The notes under the pieces are model-generated. The model did not search any database, was not told the DNA's origin, and saw only the letters and a program-made list of their open reading frames with translations. A stretch of 45,721 nt of DNA, from contig JBILTS010000002.1 of assembly GCA_044371405.1 (NCBI GenBank), positions 1-45,721 on the forward strand, read 5' to 3'. Below are positions 17,641 to 26,622 of this stretch, piece after piece. How positions within the stretch are numbered: position 1 is the stretch's first letter; each line of letters begins with the position of its first letter. The translations under genes and the position numbers were made by a program. This DNA is from Bacteroidia bacterium. Its GTDB lineage: Bacteria > Bacteroidota > Bacteroidia > NS11-12g > UBA955.

Positions 17641-19194
17641 TTATTCCCCCACAATCGGGTGGCCGGCCTCATCAAAAAACTCAAGTCGGGAAAGGCCATA
17701 ATTGGGTGCGGCTTCGAGTTTTAGCCAGCGCTTGTGTTTGAACCACCATTTCAATCGGATACTAATGATTCCTTGCTTGAGGTAGTTGGTTACCAATGGG
17801 TGGGCCTTTAGTTTCAGGTGTTTGTGGTTCATATTATCCCACAAATATGCCACCATATTTTCGAGACGGTTTAATAGCTGTACGCTGCTTTCCATGCGAC
17901 CGGTGCCGTTGCAAGAAGGGCAAACCTCGCTGGTGGTGATTTCCATGGCGGGGCGCACACGTTCGCGGGTAATTTGTACCAGACCAAACTTACTCATCGG
18001 GAGGATGGTATGTTTGGCACGATCGGTTTTCATCGCTGCACGCAGTGCTGAATGAAGTTCGTTTCGCTTTTTGGGGTCTTTCATGTCGATAAAATCGATC
18101 ACGATGATTCCACCCATGTCTCTTAACCGGATCTGACGGGCCACTTCCTCCACCGCTTCCATGTTCACCTTCATCACATTTTCCTCGCGGTTTTGAGGAT
18201 CAAAGCTTGTGTTGCCGCTGTTTACATCAATTACGTGAAGTGCTTCGGTATGTTCAATCACAAGGTATGCACCACCGCTAAAAGATACACTCTTGCCGAA
18301 GGAGCTTTTAATGGCGCGGTTTATCTGAAACTGATCAAAAATATGGGTTTTGCCTTGGTGCAGTTTTAATATTTTCTCACTGCCCGGTGAAATACGCTGG
18401 AGGTAAGCTTTCAAATCCTGCAATAGTGTTTGATCGTCTACAGCGATTTGGGTGAATGAATCATTGAGCATATCACGCAGCAGCGTAAACAGTCTGTTTC
18501 CCTCACCCAGGACAAGATCTGTCAATTTGGCCTGCCTAAGATTATTTTTTAACTCATCCCATTTTTTAATCAACCCTCTTAAATCACGGTCGAGTTCTTC
18601 AATTTCAACCCCTTCGCTGACTGTGCGGATGATGACACCAAAATTTTCTGTTTTGAGGGAAGTGGCCAGATCACGAAGGCGTTTTTTTTCTGCCGGACTC
18701 CCTATTTTTTTGCTAATGGAGATGGTATTGGTAAAAGGCACCAAAACAAAATATCTACCGGCCAAACTAATATCACAAGTCACTTTAGGACCTTTGGTGG
18801 ACATTGGTTCTTTAACCACCTGAACAAGAATTCGGTCTCCTACTTTAAGCACTTGACCTATTTTGCCTGTTTTTACTGTCTGCGGTTCCAGTTTGAAACG
18901 CTCCAGTTCAGCTTGTTGCATATTGCCATGCTGAACAAGGTGCGTAAATTTCTTGACGGAAAGCACATTCGGGCCAAGATCAAAATAAGTAAGAAAGGCA
19001 TCCCGTTCCGCTCCTACATCAACAAAGGCGGCATTCAGGGTTGGAGAAATTTTTTTGACCTTTGCCAGATAAAAATTACCGACCTGAAACGAGGAGCCGG
19101 ACGACTCCTTATGAAACTCGATAAGTTTTTTACCGCTGATTAAGGCTATTTCAGTCCCTGACGAATTTTTATGAATGACTAATTCGTTTGACAA
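17641..19194 (-). CDS. rng: Rne/Rng-family ribonuclease (RNase G)
   Basis: N-terminal S1 domain (GNFYLAKVKKISPTLNAAFVDVG), catalytic core HVIDVNSG...GGIIVIDFIDM, Zn-link CPSCNGTG. Starts at a TTG (19194); there is no nearby ATG. Confidence 0.9.
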   Translation of the reverse strand: MSNELVIHKNSSGTEIALISGKKLIEFHKESSGSSFQVGNFYLAKVKKISPTLNAAFVDVGAERDAFLTYFDLGPNVLSVKKFTHLVQHGNMQQAELERFKLEPQTVKTGKIGQVLKVGDRILVQVVKEPMSTKGPKVTCDISLAGRYFVLVPFTNTISISKKIGSPAEKKRLRDLATSLKTENFGVIIRTVSEGVEIEELDRDLRGLIKKWDELKNNLRQAKLTDLVLGEGNRLFTLLRDMLNDSFTQIAVDDQTLLQDLKAYLQRISPGSEKILKLHQGKTHIFDQFQINRAIKSSFGKSVSFSGGAYLVIEHTEALHVIDVNSGNTSFDPQNREENVMKVNMEAVEEVARQIRLRDMGGIIVIDFIDMKDPKKRNELHSALRAAMKTDRAKHTILPMSKFGLVQITRERVRPAMEITTSEVCPSCNGTGRMESSVQLLNRLENMVAYLWDNMNHKHLKLKAHPLVTNYLKQGIISIRLKWWFKHKRWLKLEAAPNYGLSRLEFFDEAGHPIVGE

Positions 19195-19218
19195 GGGGTT
19201 AGACCTTATTTCGGACGT

Positions 19219-19308
19219 TTATTTTTTCTTGTGTCTGTTCTTGCGTAGGCGCTTTTTGCGCTTGTGGGTCGCAATTTTATGACGTTTTCTTTTTTTACCG
19301 CTTGGCAT
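19219..19308 (-). CDS. 29-aa highly basic microprotein, probable ribosomal protein bS22 (AURKAIP1/COX24-like); absent from the supplied ORF track
   Basis: Hand translation of the minus strand gives ATG...TAA = MPSGKKRKRHKIATHKRKKRLRKNRHKKK, with 20 of 29 residues K/R/H. It fills the gap between the TPR gene stop (19314) and the rng start (19194). Confidence 0.7.
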   Translation of the reverse strand: MPSGKKRKRHKIATHKRKKRLRKNRHKKK

Positions 19309-19313
19309 ATCTA

Positions 19314-20114
19314 CTATTTTTTATTGCTGTTTTGAACTTTCACCGCCAGATTCAAGTATACCTTGGCATTGACGGAGTCTCCCATAAACCCGTATATATC
19401 ACTTGCCTGGAAGTACCACACGGGGTTTTGGGGTTGCAAAGATATTAATTTTTGGCATTCTTCCGCAGCTTTTTTCCATTGAGCTGATTTTCTGAGCAGA
19501 TTTAACCTAAGAAACCGGGTTTCCAGGTTATTGCTGTCCATTGCAATGGTTTCCCTAAGGGTGCCTAAAAATTTCATTGGCTGATTTTCATATTCACTCT
19601 GGTACACAATGAGGGCATTGCGTGCAGGTATATTTTTGGGATTTATTTTCAGGGCTATATCAACCAATCGCTTGCCCTGCTGAAAAAGATAGGCAGCCAC
19701 TATCGGACGGTCTACACTTTCTGAGGCAGCAAATATGAGGGTTCGGGCTGCGGTGGTCAGGTTTTCATCCCCTCCTTGTTTTTCGGCCAAAGCACTTTGT
19801 ACATAACTAACCAGCGGGGCGTTATTGGTCTCATTGGCCCATTTAAGTGCCTTTTGCAGGGTATCACGTGGCTGTTCAGTAAGCGTTTGAAACAACAATT
19901 TACCCATCCATTCCGGAGGTCTGGATGTTTCAAACAAAGCATTTAAAAATTCTTCTCTGGAAATGGCCTGTTGCGGGAGAGCCCCTGATACAGCAGAAGA
20001 TTTCTCATTGTTACCTATTATTCCTTTGTCTGTTTTAAATTTTGGGATATACAGAGCAAGAAACAAGAGTGCCAAAAAGGCAAAAATCCAAATTACGCGA
20101 GGGGATTTGTCCAC
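19314..20114 (-). CDS. Membrane-anchored TPR-like protein of unknown function
   Basis: N-terminal TM helix (VIWIFAFLALLFLALYI). C-terminal helical repeats resembling TPR. GTG start. Confidence 0.55.
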   Translation of the reverse strand: MDKSPRVIWIFAFLALLFLALYIPKFKTDKGIIGNNEKSSAVSGALPQQAISREEFLNALFETSRPPEWMGKLLFQTLTEQPRDTLQKALKWANETNNAPLVSYVQSALAEKQGGDENLTTAARTLIFAASESVDRPIVAAYLFQQGKRLVDIALKINPKNIPARNALIVYQSEYENQPMKFLGTLRETIAMDSNNLETRFLRLNLLRKSAQWKKAAEECQKLISLQPQNPVWYFQASDIYGFMGDSVNAKVYLNLAVKVQNSNKK

Positions 20115-20118
20115 GCGG

Positions 20119-20126
20119 CAAAAATA
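20119..20126 (-). promoter_or_regulatory. Bacteroidota -7 promoter box (TATTTTTG) upstream of the TPR-like gene
   Basis: Exact TAnnTTTG, 4 nt upstream of the GTG at 20114, in the HU-TPR spacer. Confidence 0.35.
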
Positions 20127-20151
20127 ACCTTAAGGTTTCGAATTATGGCAA

Positions 20152-20460
20152 TTACTTGCCTGAAACCCTCTTGGAAAGCACTTTGCTATCCTTCACCTGA
20201 GTTGCAAACTCTTTGGCCGGTTTAAATCTGGCAACGTAATGTGCTGGCACCACCAAACTGGTATTTCGCTTAATATTGCGAGCCACTTTGGTTTTACGAA
20301 GTTTTAATTCAAAAGTTCCAAATCCTCTCAGATAGATGTTGTTTCCACCAACCATAGCGTTCTTCACAACCACAAATAAATTGTCGATGGTATCAGCAAT
20401 GGCCGTCTTCTCAAGTCCTGTGCGGACTGCAATCTCATTCACGATTTCTGATTTTGTCAT
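20152..20460 (-). CDS. HU-family DNA-binding protein
   Basis: MTKSEIVNEIAVRTGLEK...LRGFGTFELKLRKTKVARNIKRNT...PAHYVARFKPAKEF. Internal ATG at 20460 preferred over 20508. Confidence 0.9.
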   Translation of the reverse strand: MTKSEIVNEIAVRTGLEKTAIADTIDNLFVVVKNAMVGGNNIYLRGFGTFELKLRKTKVARNIKRNTSLVVPAHYVARFKPAKEFATQVKDSKVLSKRVSGK

Positions 20461-20536
20461 TTCTTTTGTTGGGGGGAAATTTGTTTGAGCAAATAAAAAA
20501 CATAACAATCTAAAATTTCACAAAAAACTGACAAGA

Positions 20537-21571
20537 ATGAAATGTGCTTTGGAAAATTGGTACCTTGAAAATGCAAGAAAACTGCCTTGGAGAGACACTT
20601 CAGACCCATATCTGATATGGGTTTCAGAAATAATATTGCAGCAGACAAGGGTTGAACAGGGATTGCCATTTTATTACAATTTCATTACAAAATTCCCTAC
20701 GATACAGTCCCTTGCCACTGCTTTGGAAGATGAAGTTTTGAAGGCATGGCAGGGATTGGGTTACTACAGCAGGGCCAGAAATATGATGAAAGCAGCTCAG
20801 GTTATTGTGGAAATACACAAAGGTAAATTTCCAAAAACAATAGATGAACTGAAACGCTTACCCGGTATTGGTAGCTACACCGCAGCAGCAATAGGCAGTT
20901 TTGCCTTCAATATAAGAATGCCGGCCATAGACGGAAATGTAAGAAGGGTATCATCACGGTTATATGGTTTTCACGATCCGATTGGCACCCAAAAATCCGA
21001 TGCTCAGATTGAACAACATCTGCTTAAACTGATGGAACCCTGCGAACCCTCATTATTCAACCAGGCGATGATTGAGATTGGAGCCATGATTTGTAAACCG
21101 CTCAATCCGTATTGCGAAGTATGTCCGCTTAATAGAATCTGCATTGCTTATAAGCATGATTTACAAAAAATATTACCTGTAAAACCGATAAAAAAAGCAC
21201 CAAAACAAGTTTTTCTCGATTATATTTTTTTGGATTGCGAAGGGAGCACATGGATTCAAAAACGGCCTGAGGATAGTATATGGAAAGGCCTCTATGAATT
21301 CCCCAATTTGCAACACACCGCTGAAAACGGCAATGAAAATCCTTTTCAAAATTGGTTTCTCAATGAGGAAAAAACAGAAATCAAGCCCCCTGTTCAACTG
21401 AAGCATCAGCTAACACACCAAACAATTTTCGCTACCCTGTGGCAATTTTCATGCAAAGAAGCTAATATTGTAGAAGAGAATATTGAAGGTAAATTTAAAG
21501 TTAAAATTTCGGATTTGCATGAATATCCTGTTCACAGGTTGATGCATCGCTTTATAACTGAAGTAATTTAA
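20537..21571 (+). CDS. mutY: A/G-specific adenine DNA glycosylase
   Basis: WYLENARKLPWR, IWVSEIILQQTRV, HhH-GPD (LPGIGSYTAAAI), 4Fe-4S loop CKPLNPYCEVCPLNRIC, C-terminal NUDIX-like domain. Confidence 0.94.
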   Translation: MKCALENWYLENARKLPWRDTSDPYLIWVSEIILQQTRVEQGLPFYYNFITKFPTIQSLATALEDEVLKAWQGLGYYSRARNMMKAAQVIVEIHKGKFPKTIDELKRLPGIGSYTAAAIGSFAFNIRMPAIDGNVRRVSSRLYGFHDPIGTQKSDAQIEQHLLKLMEPCEPSLFNQAMIEIGAMICKPLNPYCEVCPLNRICIAYKHDLQKILPVKPIKKAPKQVFLDYIFLDCEGSTWIQKRPEDSIWKGLYEFPNLQHTAENGNENPFQNWFLNEEKTEIKPPVQLKHQLTHQTIFATLWQFSCKEANIVEENIEGKFKVKISDLHEYPVHRLMHRFITEVI

Positions 21572-21577
21572 AACAGC

Positions 21578-22030
21578 ATGATTAACAAAGTAATTTTATT
21601 GGGAAGACTGGGTAAAGATCCGGTGGTGAGGCATCTGGACAACGGACGTGTAGTTGCCAACATTGCACTTGCAACAAACGATTATTACACCAAAGATGGT
21701 CAGAAAATGGAAAATACCGAGTGGCATAATCTTGAACTTTGGGACAACCATGCCCGACTTGCAGAAAATTACCTGCGAAAAGGCAACATCATTTACGTGG
21801 AAGGCAAAATAAGAACCGACAAATACACTGATGCCGAGGGTATAGAAAAGCAGATTAAAAAGATACGCGTGCTCCAAATGCAGACCATGGGCGGATTGAA
21901 TAAGCAGGAAGAAGAAGATGGGCCCGGACGCGGCATGGTGCAGGAACCTGAGACTGGCTACCGTGAACCTGAAAACCGCAATAACGGAATGGTTGAAGGA
22001 CCCGAATATAAGGACGATCTACCCTTTTAA
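21578..22030 (+). CDS. ssb: Single-stranded DNA-binding protein
   Basis: MINKVILLGRLGKDPV OB-fold N-terminus, TEWHNLELW, acidic tail ending DDLPF. Confidence 0.95.
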   Translation: MINKVILLGRLGKDPVVRHLDNGRVVANIALATNDYYTKDGQKMENTEWHNLELWDNHARLAENYLRKGNIIYVEGKIRTDKYTDAEGIEKQIKKIRVLQMQTMGGLNKQEEEDGPGRGMVQEPETGYREPENRNNGMVEGPEYKDDLPF

Positions 22031-22044
22031 TCAAGCAGAAATAA

Positions 22045-23388
22045 ATGGATGACCCCGGCCCTGCAACGCTAAACCTGTTAACAACAATTTTAAAACCGGT
22101 AGATGGCGGACAAATCCCCTATCTGATAGGTTTAGGCCTTATTATGCTTGCTTGTCTTGTGGTGACCGGCATCTGTGCCGCATCGGAAAATGCATTTTTC
22201 AGCCACCGTGAAAGCGACCTTGAAGACCTGCGGTCTTCAAAATTACAGTCATCAAAAAACATTTTGCATCTGCTGGCCTATCCCAAACATCTGTTGGCAA
22301 CCATTCTGGTGCTCAACAGTCTGGGCATGGTAGCATTTGTGGTGGTATCCACACTTTTCAACGAAACTCTCTTTTCCCTAGAAGATAAACCCTTACTGCG
22401 ATTTTTGATCGATGCCATTCTGGTAACCCTCATTATTTTAATTTTTGCGGAGTTAATGCCGAAGGTTTACGCAACACAGCATTACAGGCGCTCTGCTGTT
22501 TTTCTGAGTTTCCCCATGAGGGCATTCATGTTTGTACTTTGGCCATTTACAGGATTGCTTGTAAAAATGAGCAGTTTTATTGAAAAGCGCATTAAACAGC
22601 GAACGCCCGAACTAACCCCCGAAGAATTAAGTCATGCCATTGATATGGCCGCAGACCCTGAGGATGCACAGCAGGAAAAAGAAATTTTGAAGGGTATTGT
22701 AAACATAGGTCAGATTCAGGTGAGACAAATTATGAAGCCGCGCATGGATATGGTAGGAATAGCGGCCGACACATCTTTCCATGCCCTGATTGAAATTGTG
22801 CGGGAAATGCGGTTCAGCCGCATGCCTGTATATGAGGAAAATGCAGACAATATCATTGGCATTCTGAACATAAAACATTTGTTGCCTCATTTGAATGAAG
22901 CGGACAATTTTGACTGGAAAAAGTTGATGTCGCAGCCCTTCTTTGTTCCTGAAAACAAGATGATTGATGATTTGCTGCATGAATTTCGCCACAACCGCAA
23001 TCACCTGGCTGTGGTAGTGGATGAATTTGGTGGCACCTGCGGCATTGTTACACTGGAGGATATTCTGGAGGAGGTGTTTGGTGAATTGAATGACGAATTT
23101 GACGAAATTCAAGAGCAGTATAGCCGCCTGGATGAACATACATACTTGTTTGAAGGCAAAATATCACTGGTCGATTTCCTTAGAATAACCCGATTGCCCA
23201 TTCATTTTTTTGATGATGCCGGCGATGAAACTGAAACCCTGGGCGGATTTATCACAGAGCTTTGTGGTAAAATACCTGGCCGTGGGGAAATGTTCAATTA
23301 CAAGAACCTTTCGTTTACCATAGATGCCTCGGATTTACGGAAGATAAACCGCATTAAAACAACCCTGCATGAACATACTGAAAACTAG
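22045..23388 (+). CDS. gldE: Gliding motility-associated protein GldE (DUF21/CNNM TM domain plus CBS pair plus CorC_HlyC)
   Basis: Domain order recognisable from the sequence. Conserved ssb-gldE-gldD arrangement known from Flavobacterium johnsoniae. Confidence 0.8.
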   Translation: MDDPGPATLNLLTTILKPVDGGQIPYLIGLGLIMLACLVVTGICAASENAFFSHRESDLEDLRSSKLQSSKNILHLLAYPKHLLATILVLNSLGMVAFVVVSTLFNETLFSLEDKPLLRFLIDAILVTLIILIFAELMPKVYATQHYRRSAVFLSFPMRAFMFVLWPFTGLLVKMSSFIEKRIKQRTPELTPEELSHAIDMAADPEDAQQEKEILKGIVNIGQIQVRQIMKPRMDMVGIAADTSFHALIEIVREMRFSRMPVYEENADNIIGILNIKHLLPHLNEADNFDWKKLMSQPFFVPENKMIDDLLHEFRHNRNHLAVVVDEFGGTCGIVTLEDILEEVFGELNDEFDEIQEQYSRLDEHTYLFEGKISLVDFLRITRLPIHFFDDAGDETETLGGFITELCGKIPGRGEMFNYKNLSFTIDASDLRKINRIKTTLHEHTEN

Positions 23389-23956
23389 TCTTTTCATTTG
23401 CACTGTCCTTATTTCGGCATGTGGGGGGTCTGATGCTTACGTTCCAAAACCAAGGGCCTTCCCCAGGCTGGATTTGCCGGAAATTAGTTACAAATCTTTC
23501 GATTCTTCCGGCATACCATATTCATTTGAGATTCCTGTATATGCTGCCATGGAAAAAGACACCCTCAACGTGTACACGCGTCAGCCAAACTGGTTCAATC
23601 TAAATTTCAAACCTTTCAATGCTACCCTGCACCTCACCTACTACCGATTTCAGGGCTGGAATGAATTTGATTCCCTCATAGACGATACAAGAAAGTTGGT
23701 TAACAAACATATCCAGCGGGCAGAAGACATAATAGAAGAGCCATTTACCTCGTCGGGCAATGTGAAAGGAATGTTGTTTGATATTGAAGGGAATACTGCC
23801 ACCAATTTGAATTTTTATGTAACCGACAGTGCAAAACACTTTTTGAGAGGCGCATTGTATTTTAACAGCCAGGCAGCAGCTGATTCCACAGCACCTGTTT
23901 TTGAGCGTATGCGAAAGGATGTAGGGCATCTGATTAAAACATTTCGCTGGAAATAA
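23369..23956 (+). CDS. gldD: Gliding motility lipoprotein GldD
   Basis: Lipobox (VLISAC), ~190 aa, PKPRAFPRLDLP motif near the mature N-terminus. Overlaps gldE by 20 nt. Confidence 0.75.
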   Translation: MNILKTSLFICTVLISACGGSDAYVPKPRAFPRLDLPEISYKSFDSSGIPYSFEIPVYAAMEKDTLNVYTRQPNWFNLNFKPFNATLHLTYYRFQGWNEFDSLIDDTRKLVNKHIQRAEDIIEEPFTSSGNVKGMLFDIEGNTATNLNFYVTDSAKHFLRGALYFNSQAAADSTAPVFERMRKDVGHLIKTFRWK

Positions 23957-23988
23957 CAAAGTGGTATTGAATTTGAACTAACCCTGAT

Positions 23989-25893
23989 ATGAGAGTTGCT
24001 TTTTTACTGATATTAACATTAATGGGCTCGTGTGCCATTGCCCAAAAAGGCAACCGAAAAAAGGCGGAAAATGAGTTTATGACGGCATTAAAGGCCTATT
24101 CAGAAGGCAATAAACCGGTAGCGCTTCAGTACGTAAAAAAAGCAATAAAAGCAGATGTTTCATTCGCAAGTGCTTGGTCATTGCAAGCAGAAATTGCCGA
24201 AAAGATGAACGATACAGCCCTTGCACGCTCATCTTACGATGCCTGCCTAAAATACGAACCCTTCTTTCAAAATCACTATTACTACTACGCTAAATATTGT
24301 TTCCGGCAGGGCCAGAATGAAAAGGCATTGAATTTACTGGCAAAATTCAATAATGCACCGGATGAATCGGGGTTTGATCCCAAAAAAGATAAAGCATCTG
24401 CCACCATTAAAACACAGGCCGAAAAACTGGGAGAAAGCTGCCGGCTGGCCATGGAAGATCAGCAAAAAGTAGAAGACCTGGACATACGCAATCTTGGCCC
24501 CGGTGTAAATTCCTCCGATTATGAATACTGGCCGGGAATGACTGTAGATGGTGAAACCCTCATTTACACAAGGTTGGTTAATGGACAGGAGGATTTTTAC
24601 GTAAGTTCCAAGTCACAGGATTCATGGATTAATGCACGCCCATTGCCAGGTAGTATCAACACCAGTAATAACGAGGGTTATACCTCTGTAAGTGCTGACG
24701 GGCGATACATTTTCTTTTCCGTTTGCAACCAGGATGGCTTTGGCAGCTGCGACATATTCTACAGCTTTTTGAAAGGCAATGCCTGGAGCCGACGGATGAA
24801 TCTGGGAGACCGCATCAACTCGGCTTCATGGGATGCCCAGCCCGCCATTAGTGCTGATGGCAAAACGCTTATCTTCTCCAGTGCTCGACCGGGCGGACAA
24901 GGGGGAAAAGATCTTTGGATTAGTTTTTGGAAAAACGGCAACTGGACCTTTCCGGAAAACCTGGGTAAAACCATCAACACACCCGATGATGAAGAAGCGC
25001 CATACCTGCATTACGACGGCAAAACGCTCTATTTCTCGAGCTCGGGTCATACCGGCTATGGCCAGCACGATATTTTCAGAAGCCAAATGCTGGGTGGCGG
25101 CAACTGGACCAATCCAGAAAACATGGGCCGGGGAATCAATACAGATGCGGATGAAGCCGGATTTTATGTTGATTTTAAAGGAGAGCGTGCCTACATCGCA
25201 AGTTCCCGTGAGGGTGGCTTTGGAGGCCTAGATATCTACAGTCTTAAACTGAGTCCCGATAAAAAACCCTTACCTGTTACCTATGTAAAAGGAAATATTC
25301 TGGATGCGGAAACCAAAAATGAGATTGCCGGACGCATTGAACTGATCAATCTAGGGTCGGGAAAATCGGTGCTTTCAGATTCCGCTACCCGGTTTTTCAC
25401 CACCCTGGAACCTCATGGGATGTATGGTTTAAACGTATACAGAAACGGCTATCTTTTTTACTCGGCTAATTTCCAGCCCACCCCTTCCACCATTGATTCT
25501 CCGTTTTTGGTAACAGCTCTGCTAAAACCCATTAAAATGGATCAAAGTGTGGTGCTGAACAACATCTTTTTTGAAACTGATAAATTTGAACTGAGACCGG
25601 AGAGCTACCCCGAACTCCAAAAGCTCTACACCCTGCTAAAAGCCAATCCTGATGTACTGGTTGAAATTTCCGGCCATACCGACAATCAGGGTTCTGTGGC
25701 ACACAATACCGCATTGAGTGAAAACCGGGCAAAATCGGTGAAAGAACACCTTGTAAAGGCGGGTATACCAGTCACTGCCATTAAAACAGCGGGTTACGCA
25801 AGCACCAAACCCATTGGCGACAACAATACCGCCGCCGGCAGGGCCATGAACCGCCGAATTGAAATGAAAATTATAGGATTAATAAAAAAATAA
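23989..25893 (+). CDS. OmpA-family outer-membrane/peptidoglycan-associated protein with N-terminal TPR and TolB-like PD40 repeats
   Basis: Signal peptide. TPR-like helices. At least four PD40-type repeats (SADGRYIFFS, SADGKTLIFSS, HYDGKTLYFSS, DFKGERAYIASS). C-terminal OmpA_C (NIFFETDKFEL...GHTDNQGS...NRRIEMKI). Confidence 0.85.
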   Translation: MRVAFLLILTLMGSCAIAQKGNRKKAENEFMTALKAYSEGNKPVALQYVKKAIKADVSFASAWSLQAEIAEKMNDTALARSSYDACLKYEPFFQNHYYYYAKYCFRQGQNEKALNLLAKFNNAPDESGFDPKKDKASATIKTQAEKLGESCRLAMEDQQKVEDLDIRNLGPGVNSSDYEYWPGMTVDGETLIYTRLVNGQEDFYVSSKSQDSWINARPLPGSINTSNNEGYTSVSADGRYIFFSVCNQDGFGSCDIFYSFLKGNAWSRRMNLGDRINSASWDAQPAISADGKTLIFSSARPGGQGGKDLWISFWKNGNWTFPENLGKTINTPDDEEAPYLHYDGKTLYFSSSGHTGYGQHDIFRSQMLGGGNWTNPENMGRGINTDADEAGFYVDFKGERAYIASSREGGFGGLDIYSLKLSPDKKPLPVTYVKGNILDAETKNEIAGRIELINLGSGKSVLSDSATRFFTTLEPHGMYGLNVYRNGYLFYSANFQPTPSTIDSPFLVTALLKPIKMDQSVVLNNIFFETDKFELRPESYPELQKLYTLLKANPDVLVEISGHTDNQGSVAHNTALSENRAKSVKEHLVKAGIPVTAIKTAGYASTKPIGDNNTAAGRAMNRRIEMKIIGLIKK

Positions 25894-25896
25894 ATT

Positions 25897-26622
25897 ATGT
25901 CAAAGCATTTAACACCCGAACAAGAGCGCCGCATTAAACGCGCATTTTCCAATAAACGCTGGCCGGAAGTTGCCAGTACCATGAGCTGGAGTATTTTCAA
26001 AATCATGGCTGAATTTGTGGATGGATACCAAGCCCTGGCCAGAATTGGCCCATGTGTATCTATTTTTGGTTCGGCGCGCACGCAGAAGGATCACCCCCAT
26101 TACAAGTTGGCGGAGGAAATAGCCCAGAAATTGTCGGAAGCAGGTCTGGGTATTATCACAGGTGGTGGACCCGGCATTATGGAAGCGGCAAATAAAGGTG
26201 CCAAAGCAGGTGGCGGACCCAGTGTAGGACTGAATATCAACCTTCCGTTCGAACAAGAACCAAACCCATATCAGGACCGGGACAAGGAACTCTCCTTCGA
26301 TTATTTCTTTGTTCGCAAAGTGATGTTTGTAAAATATGCGCAGGGGTTTGTGGTACTGCCAGGTGGATTTGGAACCCTCGACGAGCTGTTTGAGGCCCTC
26401 ACACTGGTTCAAACAGACAAAAGGGCTCAATTCCCCATTGTGCTCGTAGATAAATCATTCTGGGCCCCGATGATGGATTTCATTCATAATTCTTTGCTAA
26501 AACAACATGAATACATCAGTCCAGGTGATCTCGGTCTTTTCAAGCTTGTTGACACTGCTGATGAGGCCGTATCTGAAATACTTGATTTCTACAGCAAATA
26601 TTCGCTGAAACCAAACTTCTAA
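25897..26622 (+). CDS. LOG / TIGR00730-family Rossmann-fold nucleotide-binding protein (nucleoside 5'-monophosphate phosphoribohydrolase-like)
   Basis: GGGPGIMEAANKGA and PGGFGTLDELFE motifs. Confidence 0.85.
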   Translation: MSKHLTPEQERRIKRAFSNKRWPEVASTMSWSIFKIMAEFVDGYQALARIGPCVSIFGSARTQKDHPHYKLAEEIAQKLSEAGLGIITGGGPGIMEAANKGAKAGGGPSVGLNINLPFEQEPNPYQDRDKELSFDYFFVRKVMFVKYAQGFVVLPGGFGTLDELFEALTLVQTDKRAQFPIVLVDKSFWAPMMDFIHNSLLKQHEYISPGDLGLFKLVDTADEAVSEILDFYSKYSLKPNF

